Shown here: one piece after another, positions 21,031 through 30,827 of the stretch | Layout of the letters: each line of letters opens with the position of its first letter | How positions within the stretch are numbered: position 1 is the first letter of the stretch | NCBI GenBank assembly: GCA_029838195.1 | Contig: JALGVJ010000013.1 | Span: 1 to 64,000 of the forward strand | Reading direction: 5' to 3' | Length of the DNA: 64,000 nt | DNA from: Promethearchaeota archaeon | Lineage (GTDB): Archaea > Asgardarchaeota > Lokiarchaeia > Sigyniarchaeales > SOKP01 | The notes under the pieces: generated by a model | The model's database searches: none | What the model was told of the DNA's origin: nothing | What the model saw: the letters and a program-made list of their open reading frames with translations, nothing else | Translations under genes and position numbers: made by a program

Positions 21031-21279
21031 TTAATCTTGTTTAAATTCTTTCTGAATTTTGGTCCAAAGTTCTCTTTCGGTCATGGGGTGTAATTTTTCT
21101 TGTTTAAATCGTTCTTTACACGCTTTATAAAGGGCACGATTATAAGGCACTTTAAGGGAATGAGTGTCTGCTAATTCTAATAAGTATCCATTTAAATATT
21201 CTAATTCATCTTTTTCTCTTTTGATCGTGATGACATCTTGAGCCATGCTATTTAAATTCATGTTATTGAGGAAGTTCAT
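21031..21279 (-). pseudogene. C-terminal fragment of ketopantoate reductase (PanE/ApbA)
   Basis: NSMAQDV...ELEYLNGYLLELA....KVPYNRALY matches ApbA_C; no N-terminal Rossmann domain upstream. Confidence 0.75.
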
Positions 21280-21300
21280 GAAAATTTTATTAGTAATAAC

Positions 21301-21338
21301 CTTCTTTTAATTCATTTGCCTTCTTTTAATTCATTTGC
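21301..21338. repeat. 19-bp perfect tandem duplication CTTCTTTTAATTCATTTGC x2
   Basis: Copies at 21301-21319 and 21320-21338. Confidence 0.95.
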
Positions 21339-21586
21339 ATTAAATGAATATTCAATTTTTCCTTGATGAGAATTAATTATGTATTTATTAATATCCAATT
21401 CCAAATTATAAAAATAGCTAACATATCTGATAAAATTGAGGGTTCTTCTTCTTTTATCTGATCAATCAATCTTTGCATAAAAATTATCCAAAATTCTAAA
21501 ACGAAAAACTCCTTCAAAAACTATATAAATGAATGTTTTCTATTTTTCTAAATGCTAAATTAATTTAATAGAGGAATAATAATAAA

Positions 21587-22390
21587 ATGAATGTCAAAGA
21601 TGAATATTTAGAATTTAAGAATCAAAATAATCTAAAAATTCATAAATTTAAAGATAGAGTTATTTTGCAAAACTTTATACGAGATAGACTCGATGATATT
21701 TGGAAGAATCCACCAAATTTTAGATATGGTGGTTTGATGTCAAATTATATGACTAAGTTCGCATTAGGATTTGCTTACTATGATTGTAGACCTACTTCAT
21801 TTTGTAAAAAATATTGTTATGGCCTTCACATTAACGGACTACATGATTTTTATATGTTCAGATTAGGAGTAATTACATCAGAAGCGCTGAAAACGAATGA
21901 TAGAAGATTTTTAAATGGCTTAACTAAAAAGATCAAAAATTTAAAATATCTTAAAATAGGCCATTGGGGCGATGCTGTTCTTGAACAAATACCAATTATT
22001 ATTAATCTGGTAAGAGAATGTAAAAATACTAAATTTTGGTGGTATACAAAAAAGCAAGAAATCGCATTTGAAGCGAATAATTATAATCTTAAAAATTTAA
22101 GAGTGTATCTCAGCCTTGATCCCAATACTGATTACCCCTCTAAAGAGGATTATCCTTATGGGATAACATATTTCTTCGGAGAAAACGAATTACATCCAAA
22201 TCATTCGGACATTATAAATGATAAGAGATTGGTGGCAATCTTTCCACAGAAAAAAGGTCGAAAAGTAATAGATCCCGCTAACTATGGATTGGCGCATCAT
22301 CCTAAGATTTGTTTAGAGAAAGAATTATTATCTCAAGGATTCAAGGGAAATGAAATGTGCTTATCTTGCGAAGGGCGCTGTAGATATTGA
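21587..22390 (+). CDS. Gp88-like (phage-associated, radical-SAM-like) Cys-rich protein
   Basis: CRPTSFCKKYCY (Cx5Cx3CY), KIGHWGD, WWYTK, NLRVYLSLD, terminal C..CLSCEGRC; GAGG SD upstream. Confidence 0.55.
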   Translation: MNVKDEYLEFKNQNNLKIHKFKDRVILQNFIRDRLDDIWKNPPNFRYGGLMSNYMTKFALGFAYYDCRPTSFCKKYCYGLHINGLHDFYMFRLGVITSEALKTNDRRFLNGLTKKIKNLKYLKIGHWGDAVLEQIPIIINLVRECKNTKFWWYTKKQEIAFEANNYNLKNLRVYLSLDPNTDYPSKEDYPYGITYFFGENELHPNHSDIINDKRLVAIFPQKKGRKVIDPANYGLAHHPKICLEKELLSQGFKGNEMCLSCEGRCRY

Positions 22391-22439
22391 GAAATTCCAA
22401 TAAAAATATGAATAAATGGGCGAATTACCAATATTAATT

Positions 22440-22552
22440 CTTATATACTTTAATAAATGAATTTTAACTTGTTCAGCTATAGCTTTTGCCATTAATGGGG
22501 GTACACCATTTCCTATTTGTTTTAAAATTGAGCTTTTCGTTCCTTTAAAATT
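22440..22552 (-). pseudogene. C-terminal remnant of a DNA (cytosine-5) methyltransferase
   Basis: Not in the ORF track. Minus strand reads NFKGTKSSILKQIGNGVPPLMAKAIAEQVKIHLL, matching motif X (QIGNAVPP) of C5 MTases; in-frame stop just upstream. Confidence 0.8.
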
Positions 22553-22620
22553 CGTTCATATACGTAAAACACGGAATTCATTTAATTATAAGGTAAATCT
22601 GAAGACGATCGAATTTTAAA
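22544..22620. repeat. 11-bp perfect (13/14) inverted repeat
   Basis: TTTAAAATTCG 22544-22554 and CGAATTTTAAA 22610-22620, overlapping the MTase truncation point. Confidence 0.6.
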
Positions 22621-22752
22621 TCACTGAACAATCCGTCTTTTTAATATTCAAAAATATGAACATGAAAAGAAAAATTTTTTCAAATAAAAAAAAAAAATTA
22701 TAAAAATTATTATTGCATTCGGGTAAAGAAATAATTTGATGAATTATCTCCC

Positions 22753-22965
22753 TTATTTGAAGTATTTAATAGCTAAGATAATGTCATCTCTCGTTACTTT
22801 CTTTCTTTTAGAGTGCTTAGTTAAACTGAGAGCATTTTTTGTAATTTTTTCTGCCGATCGAGTTAACCAATCAATTAGCTCATCCACTGCATCACGAGCT
22901 ACTATTATAGCTCCATTGTGCTTCATTAACCTTCTAATGGGAGACCAGCTAATATATTCAGACAT
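22753..22965 (-). CDS. Archaeal histone (HMf-like, no tail)
   Basis: SPIRRLMK..GA..VARDAV...A..LTKHSKRKKVTRDDIILA histone fold; GGAGG SD. Confidence 0.93.
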   Translation of the reverse strand: MSEYISWSPIRRLMKHNGAIIVARDAVDELIDWLTRSAEKITKNALSLTKHSKRKKVTRDDIILAIKYFK

Positions 22966-23713
22966 TTTAATTCCTCCACTAATTTTTTATTTTAATGAAT
23001 ATTGTAATTTAGAATTTTTTATTAAAGATATTCTTATAATATGAATTGTATTCCATGTATTTAAAGATTTTGGTTGATATAAGAAAAGTAGAAAAAAAAA
23101 ATTAAAAAAAATTAACGACAAAAATCCATTTAATAAAAGGATCAATATCGTGTAAGTTCAGTCTTTTTTTTCAAAATTGTTATCCTACTGAATATTGACC
23201 CCAAGTTTGCCATAAGCATGAACCTAAAAAACCAATTTTTATAATAAGCAAGTAATTTTGGAAAAAAATGAAATTTTGTAAAATTTTGAAAAGGAAAAAT
23301 ATTCATGCTTTCAGCGATTCTTCATATGATAAAAAATTATTTTTAGCAAATTCTTGAGTGCATGATGGTTATCGGGCGAGAGATTGTCCCAATTACGAAT
23401 TTTTCTCAAATTTAAATCTAAATTTCCATTAATTTATTTAATATATTTAAAATTAGTACTTCATCATTGAGGATTTAAGTGGTTACTTGTAGTACGTTCT
23501 TTAACCACGAAAAAAAATGTAAATTAAAAGAAAAATATTCAAGAATATCGTGTTAGATTCAGTATATTCAGTTAGAAATGAAAATAAAACATGAAAATAC
23601 TCAAGATCTATCATTCAAAAAAGATATTTAAGGAAATAGATAATAAATAAATGGAATAACAAATTTATCTTGTTGAAGTTTATATTTATAGATCCCATTT
23701 AACCTCGTTTTAA

Positions 23714-24400
23714 TTGGAAGAGATGTTGCATGAATTAAATAGCCTGTTTGAAAGTGATACCATAAAACCTTCATACTTGCATGCTCATATTATCTTAGCC
23801 CTTTATATCTTCAATGATCACAAAGAAGGTTTAGGTAGATATAAACTAAAAAATGAATTAATTCTCGGAGCAGGTACGGTGAGAACCTTAATCACGAGGT
23901 TAAATGAGAAGACTAATTTCATTCAAGTTAAAAGTGATAAAAACAAGCGCAAGGGACACGTTTTAACAGGAGAAGGAAAGAAGTTCATAAAAAGGTTAAA
24001 AGAAAAAATTCCTATATTAGAGAAAGGGGATACAGAAATATTACAAAAAATTCTCATAGATTCAGAAGAAAATGAAAGTTTTTTTTGTTTAGTTAAAAAC
24101 GTGGCTAAAAAAATTGTGACGGGAATAGAACAAAGAGATGCAGCAATAAAGATTGGAGGATTAGGAGCTACGTGTTTAATATATAATGGAAACACTCTCG
24201 TTTTTCCCCCTGAATCAGCAGAATCTTCTAATAATCAACAACTTCATGTGGATGAGGAAATCGTACAATATTTTCAATCAAAATTGCATTCTCATGGAAT
24301 TTCGTTAGAAAAAAATGATGTCATAGTAGTAGGAGTCGCATCTGGAGATTTTAAAAAAGCACGATTGGCAACCTTAAATGCAGCGCTTACATTGATATAA
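23714..24400 (+). CDS. DUF4443/DUF2111-type winged-helix protein
   Basis: GLGRYKLKNELILGAGTVRTLI wHTH; GIEQRDAAIKIGGLGAT. Confidence 0.7.
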   Translation: MEEMLHELNSLFESDTIKPSYLHAHIILALYIFNDHKEGLGRYKLKNELILGAGTVRTLITRLNEKTNFIQVKSDKNKRKGHVLTGEGKKFIKRLKEKIPILEKGDTEILQKILIDSEENESFFCLVKNVAKKIVTGIEQRDAAIKIGGLGATCLIYNGNTLVFPPESAESSNNQQLHVDEEIVQYFQSKLHSHGISLEKNDVIVVGVASGDFKKARLATLNAALTLI

Positions 24401-24413
24401 AATAATTAAAAAG

Positions 24414-24908
24414 ATGCATGATGGTATCATGAAACAAGAAAAAGACATAAAATTAATTATTTCTCAAAAACTAAAAGATAAATTAAAGGAATGTGTTAAT
24501 AAAGCTCGCCCTAATGAAGCGTGCGGGTTTATTTTCGGTACCATAGAGGAAATTAAAAAAAATGGAGAATTTGAATATCATTATTTAGCTCAAAAATTTT
24601 ATTGCATGGAATCGAGCGAAAAATCTACCGTCTCTTTTTTAATTTCAGATTTCGAACGATTTAATGAAGTCTTCATGGAAGCATCACAGCAATTTAAGCT
24701 TCAATTAATAAGCATCTTTCATTCTCATCCCGGTGGGGCATATCCTAGTGGTGTGGACCATGATAACATGAAATTTTTAGATCGCTGTGGAATTAACGCA
24801 TTTAAATCTCAAATTTGGACTATCATGGATGCTTCAAATTTTGAATTGAAGGGATTTATCTATTTAAATAATGAATTGCTTCAAATTGACATTTTAATGG
24901 TTTCTTGA
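24414..24908 (+). CDS. JAB/MPN+ (JAMM) metalloprotease
   Basis: PNEACG plus FHSHPGGAYPSGVD (E...HxH..S..D). Confidence 0.88.
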   Translation: MHDGIMKQEKDIKLIISQKLKDKLKECVNKARPNEACGFIFGTIEEIKKNGEFEYHYLAQKFYCMESSEKSTVSFLISDFERFNEVFMEASQQFKLQLISIFHSHPGGAYPSGVDHDNMKFLDRCGINAFKSQIWTIMDASNFELKGFIYLNNELLQIDILMVS

Positions 24909-25061
24909 GCATTAATGAGACCCCAACGAGAAAAATATAACTAAGTATTAACCAAGATTAAAAATCTGAATTTTATATATAAGATTCTTTTATTCTCTCA
25001 CAAATTTTACGTGCTAAAAAAGAAGCAATACTTTAAAAAGGAAATAGGAGGTGTTTAGCAT

Positions 25062-25709
25062 TTAAAGAACTTTTTTATAGCCCTCTTTATCGACCGAGCA
25101 TGCTTGTATTTTAAAACCGGAAGCAGCATCTCTTTCTCTTGCTGCGGTTATTGCCGTTTTCACGAGTTCAATTCCTTCCTCCTTACTCATGTCAGAATGC
25201 CAATCCGCTTCTAATACGCCTAAAACAAAAGGCGAGCCAGAACCAAACGATATAAATTTATCCTCTTCATAAAAAGTCCCTAATAAATCAACCCCATATA
25301 GCTTGCCTTGATTCTCAGATAAAGAGTAGCCTCCAACAATCATCATGGCAAGATAATATGATCGTCCACTAAACAGAATATTTCTTAAAATAGTTGCGAT
25401 GTATTTAGGTTCTGGAATCTTTTCTTTCTCTACTTCCCTTAATTTAGATATGGCTCTCAATTGATTGATAATGTATTGACAATCCGCAACCCCTCCCGAA
25501 ATGGTTGCTGCCGTATATTTGTTTATCTCAAAAAGCTTCTGAGCCGTTTTTGTCGCCACGGTATAGCCTGCTGTAGCTTGAGATTCCGTTCCCATTACCA
25601 CGCCTTCTTTAACTTTAATCCCTACTGTTGTCGTGCTTGATTGAATGATGTGCTTCAAGGAATCCTTATCCATGTTCAACATCCTTTCTATATTTTCCAT
25701 CCCTATCAT
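25062..25709 (-). CDS. psmB: Proteasome beta subunit
   Basis: Propeptide then TTTVG, SGGVADCQ, GSGS, ERDAASG. Confidence 0.93.
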   Translation of the reverse strand: MIGMENIERMLNMDKDSLKHIIQSSTTTVGIKVKEGVVMGTESQATAGYTVATKTAQKLFEINKYTAATISGGVADCQYIINQLRAISKLREVEKEKIPEPKYIATILRNILFSGRSYYLAMMIVGGYSLSENQGKLYGVDLLGTFYEEDKFISFGSGSPFVLGVLEADWHSDMSKEEGIELVKTAITAARERDAASGFKIQACSVDKEGYKKVL

Positions 25710-25862
25710 CTCTTACATGTCAGAATATTTTTCTAAATTTCTTTAATTTCATTAATGAAAATTGTTATTTTTATTTTTCTTTAATAAATCATAATTTTTA
25801 GAGAGCATTAAAAAAATTTTAAAGAAATCCTTTCTTATTTATTTTATCTATTAAATATCAAT

Positions 25863-26255
25863 TTGGCGTATAATAAAGTGGCACGCAGTCAAGGAAGAAG
25901 CCAAAGGAAATATACGGGAAAAAAATACAAGCATTTTAGGAAGAAAAGAAAACGAGAACTCGCACGTCCTCCCATTGATACGACCATTGGTGAAGAAAAG
26001 AAGAAAAAACAAAGAGTCATGGGAGGAAATTACAAGATCAAATTATTCTCTACCAGTTATATAAATGTCACGGATCCCCAAACTAATAAAACTCAAAAAG
26101 TTAAAATCACGGGTTTCGAAGAAAATAAGGCTTCAAAAGATTTAAATAGACGCCACGTGATCACCAAGGGAGCCATCGTGAATACTGAATTAGGAAAAGC
26201 ACGAGTCCTCTCAAGACCAGGACAGGATGGCCAATTAAATGGCATTCTAATTTAA
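25863..26255 (+). CDS. rps8e: Ribosomal protein S8e
   Basis: RKKRKRELARP, RVMGGN.K, ITKGAIV.T.LG.ARV.SRPGQDG; TTG start. Confidence 0.96.
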   Translation: MAYNKVARSQGRSQRKYTGKKYKHFRKKRKRELARPPIDTTIGEEKKKKQRVMGGNYKIKLFSTSYINVTDPQTNKTQKVKITGFEENKASKDLNRRHVITKGAIVNTELGKARVLSRPGQDGQLNGILI

Positions 26256-26362
26256 ATTCACTTTTTTGAACAAAAACATTGATTTTCTAAGCTTTAAAGT
26301 TAATTACCATTATCCTAATTTTAAAAACTATTAAAATTACAACTAATAAAAGATAAATTATT

Positions 26363-27043
26363 ATGATTTTCTCAATTACTTGGTTAGGCATTTTGCCTTT
26401 TTCGCTTTTTTATATTTATAAATATTATCAAGCAAGAAAAAATGAAGATCATGCTGCCATAAAGCTCTATCAACCCTTAACCACGATTTTATCCTTATTA
26501 ATTTGCTTTCTTTCCTTTCTCTCTCCTTATTCCAATCCCGTGTTTACTACGTGGATCATTATCGCCATGTCAATAGCGCTTATTGGCGATGTCCTAAACA
26601 TTGATATGACCGACATGAAGGTCGTAATTCGGGGATTATTAATTTTTTTTGTAGCCTATTTCATCTATACCATCCTCACATTCATGCTTGCTGATTTTAC
26701 TTTAATAATGGTTATTCCTATCATGCTAATGATGATCATTTTAACCGTTGTTTGTTTTCTCATCTGGAACAACTTGCCTTCATATTTAGAAAAAATAGCA
26801 ATGGTGCTTTATGGAGCATTATTATCTCTAATGGTAGCTGCCGGTATGGCGACCTTTTACTCCCCGACTTTTTCTTTACTGACTTCTATAATACTTACTC
26901 TGGGATTTTTGTTCCTTTATCTCGGAGATATTGAATTTGCTTTATCAAGTTATTGGAAACCCTTGAATTTTCCATATGGACCCATGCTTTATTCTGGAGG
27001 ACAATTACTCGTGGCTATAAGCCTTTTCTTTTGTTCTCTCTAA
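26363..27043 (+). CDS. YhhN/lysoplasmalogenase family membrane protein
   Basis: IGDVL, GL..FFVAY, LYG.LL..M, G.LF...GD, LY..GQLL; about 8 TM segments. Confidence 0.7.
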   Translation: MIFSITWLGILPFSLFYIYKYYQARKNEDHAAIKLYQPLTTILSLLICFLSFLSPYSNPVFTTWIIIAMSIALIGDVLNIDMTDMKVVIRGLLIFFVAYFIYTILTFMLADFTLIMVIPIMLMMIILTVVCFLIWNNLPSYLEKIAMVLYGALLSLMVAAGMATFYSPTFSLLTSIILTLGFLFLYLGDIEFALSSYWKPLNFPYGPMLYSGGQLLVAISLFFCSL

Positions 27044-27221
27044 TATTTTAATATCTAAATCTTTTTTTTCATTTCCCATTTAATAACTTCCTAAAGAAGA
27101 TTCTCTCAGTAAACTAATTCTTAAATCTGTTGATCCTTTCCCTCCAGTTTAAGTAATTAAAAAATTAGAAAAATTTCCTGAAAAATATTGCCTATTACGA
27201 AATCATTATATTACTTTTAAA

Positions 27222-27593
27222 TCACTCTTGAATTTTTATATTTTTTACTGTAGCATTCTTTCCACTAATGATTTCCGTATTTTTACTCTCACAATGGCGA
27301 CATTGAAATAATTGAAGCCCCGTTAGCTGCGCTTCTTCACTTAAACTAACCGTTGATTCTTTCCCACAGTCCCTACACCTAATTTTACCGGGAACGATCT
27401 CGATTTTTAACTCTGCTCCTTCCGCAATGGAACCCGTCGTTGCCATCTTAAAAGATTGTTGCAATAAATGAGGCACGATTAGTGTTAACTCCCCTATTTC
27501 GATATAAACCTGCGTGATCTTTTTCGCATTATATTTCATCGCAGTAGCTTCAGCAACTTTAAATATGTTATAAGCAAAAGAAAATTCATGCAT
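27222..27593 (-). CDS. hypA: Hydrogenase maturation Ni metallochaperone HypA
   Basis: MHE start, IGEL, CRDC and CRHC, terminal SG..V..I. Confidence 0.95.
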   Translation of the reverse strand: MHEFSFAYNIFKVAEATAMKYNAKKITQVYIEIGELTLIVPHLLQQSFKMATTGSIAEGAELKIEIVPGKIRCRDCGKESTVSLSEEAQLTGLQLFQCRHCESKNTEIISGKNATVKNIKIQE

Positions 27594-27633
27594 ATTTTTT
27601 ATCTTCCTTTTTCAATCCCGAAATAATTCTATT

Positions 27634-27921
27634 CTAACTTGTCTTTCTTAATTCCTTAGCAATTTCTTTAATAACCCTGGATTTTTTCTTGCCCTTCGGA
27701 TCAATTAGTACTCTGCCCGGAGCATCCCACCAAGTTCGAGGGTATCGGCTCACGTTATCCATTTCCACCTTATACCCTAATCGCTTTGCTGCTTTGGCTA
27801 TATCAGCTAAAGAAACTTTATCTAGTGCTAAATTCTGAGGAAGACGCCTACCCTCTTTTCTTGTCCTCCTTTTCTCAAAATATTGTGGCCAAAAAATGAG
27901 AAATGGCTTCCTTGTTCTCAT
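27634..27921 (-). CDS. srp19: Signal recognition particle protein SRP19
   Basis: IFWPQYF..RTRKEGRRLP..LA, RYPRTWW..GRV, KK...IK.IA. Confidence 0.93.
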   Translation of the reverse strand: MRTRKPFLIFWPQYFEKRRTRKEGRRLPQNLALDKVSLADIAKAAKRLGYKVEMDNVSRYPRTWWDAPGRVLIDPKGKKKSRVIKEIAKELRKTS

Positions 27922-28277
27922 GAAAATCCCAAAGTTATGTTATTTATAAAAACGTTCTAACTCTTTTAAAAATTTTGAGTATAATTCATAAAAATTCTAT
28001 TTAAAATTTATCTCTCACGTTCATGAGATGCTACAAGAAAATTACGAGTACTTCTCTTAAAAGTAAGAACTTGCGGGTTTGACTAAAAAAACTTTATTTT
28101 CAATCTTTCATTATCTTTTTCATTAAAATTAACATGATTTACCACTCTAATTAAAATAAAAAATTTTTGATTTCTTCAAGCATTTTATTAGAGTACAAGC
28201 ATTTCATGAATTTTATTGACGCAAGATAAAAAAATAAGGCTGCTTTAAAAAAGAATTAAAGGGTTAATTTTAAAGAT

Positions 28278-28411
28278 GGGAGGGTGGTCTAGCTTGGTAT
28301 GATACTCGGCTGGGGTTATTCTGCAAACGCCGCAGAAAGACAGATGCCGAGTGGTCGGGGGTTCAATTTTCTTGAAGATTCTTCGAGAAAGAACAATTCC
28401 CCCCTCTCCCA
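28278..28411 (+). tRNA. tRNA-Pro(GGG) with two 30-nt introns (37/38: 28316-28345; 58/59: 28367-28396)
   Basis: Acceptor GGGAGGG/CTCTCCC+A, D arm GTCT..TGAT, anticodon stem CTCGG/CCGAG with GGG at 28312-28314, T stem GGGGG/CCCCC. Splicing gives a 74-nt cloverleaf with T loop TTCAATT. CCA not encoded. Confidence 0.9.
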
Positions 28412-28752
28412 TCTTCAAAAAAAGTCTTAAAATTGCCAAAAATATCTTACTATTTTTCATTAAAGGAATTAATTCTATTTGAACTCTAGAAATCATTTTA
28501 AACTAGAGAAAAATCAGTAATAAAATTAAGACATTTCTCTAAGTTTTTTTCAATTTACAATTATTTTAAAGATAATTTAATTTAAGGGGGCAGAGTAAAA
28601 TGACTTTTACTCCCTATTTTTTAATAAAGGAAAGATGTTAGATTTTATAAAATAATATTGAATCTTTAAAATAGAAGCACAACAAATTTTCCCTTTTATG
28701 AATTAAAAATGAAAAAATTGACATGAAAGATTAAAAAAGGCAGGGATTTGGC

Positions 28753-29713
28753 ATGATAAGACCACGGTTCACTTTCAAGCATTTCATTTTTTTCGTGGCT
28801 TTAAATATTATCATTAATACGGATGCTGGATTTTTAGCGCCTTTAATTTCGAAGATCATGAATGTTTTTGGAGTTTCTTTGGTGGAAGTTTCTTTTTTTT
28901 TTATCATGAATGACATTAATTCCTGTTTTATTGATTCCCGTGTTTGGATTGATGGCGGATAAATTCAAGAGAAATTTACTTGTATTTTTTATAGTATTAG
29001 GAGGTGCAATTGTAAACTTGATGATGGCGTTTATTAGTGCCTATTTAAAAAATTTTATATTATTCTCAATTTTTGGAATAGGGGCGGCGTTAATGAATGC
29101 AGCCATTGGGCCAACATTATTTTTACTTTTAATAGATTTTGTCCCTCCAAAAAATAGAGCGAGCATTATTGCATGGTTAGGAATATCCGGAACGGCAGCG
29201 ATTGGATTTGGCTGCATCATATCCAGCATTATCCCTACTATTATATATGGCTCACAATTTCCCTTATGGTTTCCTTGTTTCGTTGATGCAATTGTTGGTT
29301 TCATCTTTTCTCTTTTGATTTTGTTGATAAAGGACCCTCTACGTGGCATTCAGGAAGAAGGCTTGCAAGAATTATATGAATCTGGAGGATCATATAATTA
29401 TACGCTAACTTTTATGGGAGCAAGAAGATTATTGAAAGATCCCGTGAATAAGCGGCTTATCTTATTTGATTTTTTCATTGGAATTAGATATGCTCTATTA
29501 GGAACATATTTCATAACATTTTTAATCGAAAATCACGGATTAAATGAATTTACCGCTACTCAACTCATGTTTGGGTTATTAAGTATTCAATTAATTGGTC
29601 AGATTTATTTTGGAAGAAAATTCTTTGAAGTAGGAGCCATTCCTTCTTCAGGAGCAATGTTAGCAGAAGTTCTACTATTGGTCGCTCACGTTTTTCATTT
29701 TTCTTCTTTTTAA
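28753..29713 (+). pseudogene. Frameshifted and 3'-truncated MFS transporter
   Basis: ORFs 28753-28962 and 28910-29713 join if one A at about 28909 is removed. MFS motifs FGLMADKFKR and DFVPPKNRAS; similarity ends near GQIYFGRK, well short of 12 TM helices. Confidence 0.7.
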
Positions 29714-29991
29714 TATTCCCGCCTTTATCATCCTTCTTACAATGCGAACTGGAATAATTCCATCTATTGATAATGTCCAACAACGCTTAAAAGAACGAGT
29801 TAAATTTACTTGAAGTATTTTATTCAATAAAAATAAGAAATGAAGGATGTCATGCGATTTTCTCTTCATTTGGCATGACTTTTTAAAAATGTTCAAGATC
29901 ATGAGGAGGTGCACTCCCATCCGAGCTCATCTATGATTTTCATGAGCTCATCATCTAAATCTTGAAAAAACGACTCCTTCTCTTAACCCGG

Positions 29992-30138
29992 TCAAGAATT
30001 GCTTCCGGTTAATTCAGGGGCAAGAATTGAAGGATTAATGAGAATCATGGCGATTATAATGATTATAAGAATAACTACTAAGGTGATGATGATGGTATGG
30101 CTCGCTCTTTTAGGTTTATCTGAATTTTTAAATAGCAT
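29992..30138 (-). CDS. Small single-pass membrane protein (48 aa)
   Basis: Below the ORF-track cutoff. MLFKNSDKPKRASHTIIITLVVILIIIIIAMILINPSILAPELTGSNS*; GAGGGA SD; basic N-terminus then one TM helix. Confidence 0.55.
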   Translation of the reverse strand: MLFKNSDKPKRASHTIIITLVVILIIIIIAMILINPSILAPELTGSNS

Positions 30139-30452
30139 ATTCCCTCGTTATTATAATTTGAATCTCCACTTATCATGGTAAAATATTGTTATAAATTCAT
30201 TTTTGATTTAATATATTTATTTTCTAGGAAAAGATATCATTATCAATATCTTTAAAAATATGAGGATTTAACTCATTCAAACAATCCTTGAATATTTCAT
30301 TTATTATCTATCATCATTTGCCTATTATAAATTATAACGAGTCGATTCTTCTTTAAATTTAATTATTATTACTAGGAGTAGTAGGATTAAAAATCTCTTT
30401 TTAAAATATATTCCAGTAAAGAAGTTTGTTTAAAGAAAAAGAATCATTCGCA

Positions 30453-30827
30453 TTACTCACAAGAAGATTGAATTTCTCTTATTCTATCAATTAATTTATT
30501 GATTCCAAAAGGTTTTTCCAAAAAACCATGGATTCCCATTGCTATAACTTCCTCTTTAACCGTTTTATCTGCGCTGGTAAATATGATTTTAGATTTTGAA
30601 CTAATAGACAAGATTTCTCTAGATGCATCTATTCCATTTTTCACCGGCATTCTATAATCCATCAAAACGATGTCTGGTTTTTCATTAAATTCCTTGAACA
30701 TCTCAACAGCTTCTTGGCCATTATTAGACACCCCTATAATGTAAAATCCCACCAATGTCAATACTTTTTCATAAAGAACTTGAATCGACTTATCATCTTC
30801 TACTATGAATATTGATGTTTGTACCAC
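30453..30827 (-). CDS. Stand-alone response regulator receiver (CheY-like)
   Basis: IVEDD, NGQEA, PDIVLMDYRMP..NG, TSA, KPF. Confidence 0.92.
   Translation of the reverse strand: MVQTSIFIVEDDKSIQVLYEKVLTLVGFYIIGVSNNGQEAVEMFKEFNEKPDIVLMDYRMPVKNGIDASREILSISSKSKIIFTSADKTVKEEVIAMGIHGFLEKPFGINKLIDRIREIQSSCE

Noticed and set aside
21301-21338. Tandem repeat as a CRISPR remnant
   Set aside because: Two adjacent copies with no spacer and no cas genes.
28245-28496. 83-aa minus-strand ORF
   Set aside because: Antisense shadow of the tRNA-Pro gene.
29999-30181. Met/Ile-rich plus-strand ORF as a leader peptide
   Set aside because: It is the antisense of the SD-preceded membrane microprotein, and no biosynthetic gene follows on the plus strand.
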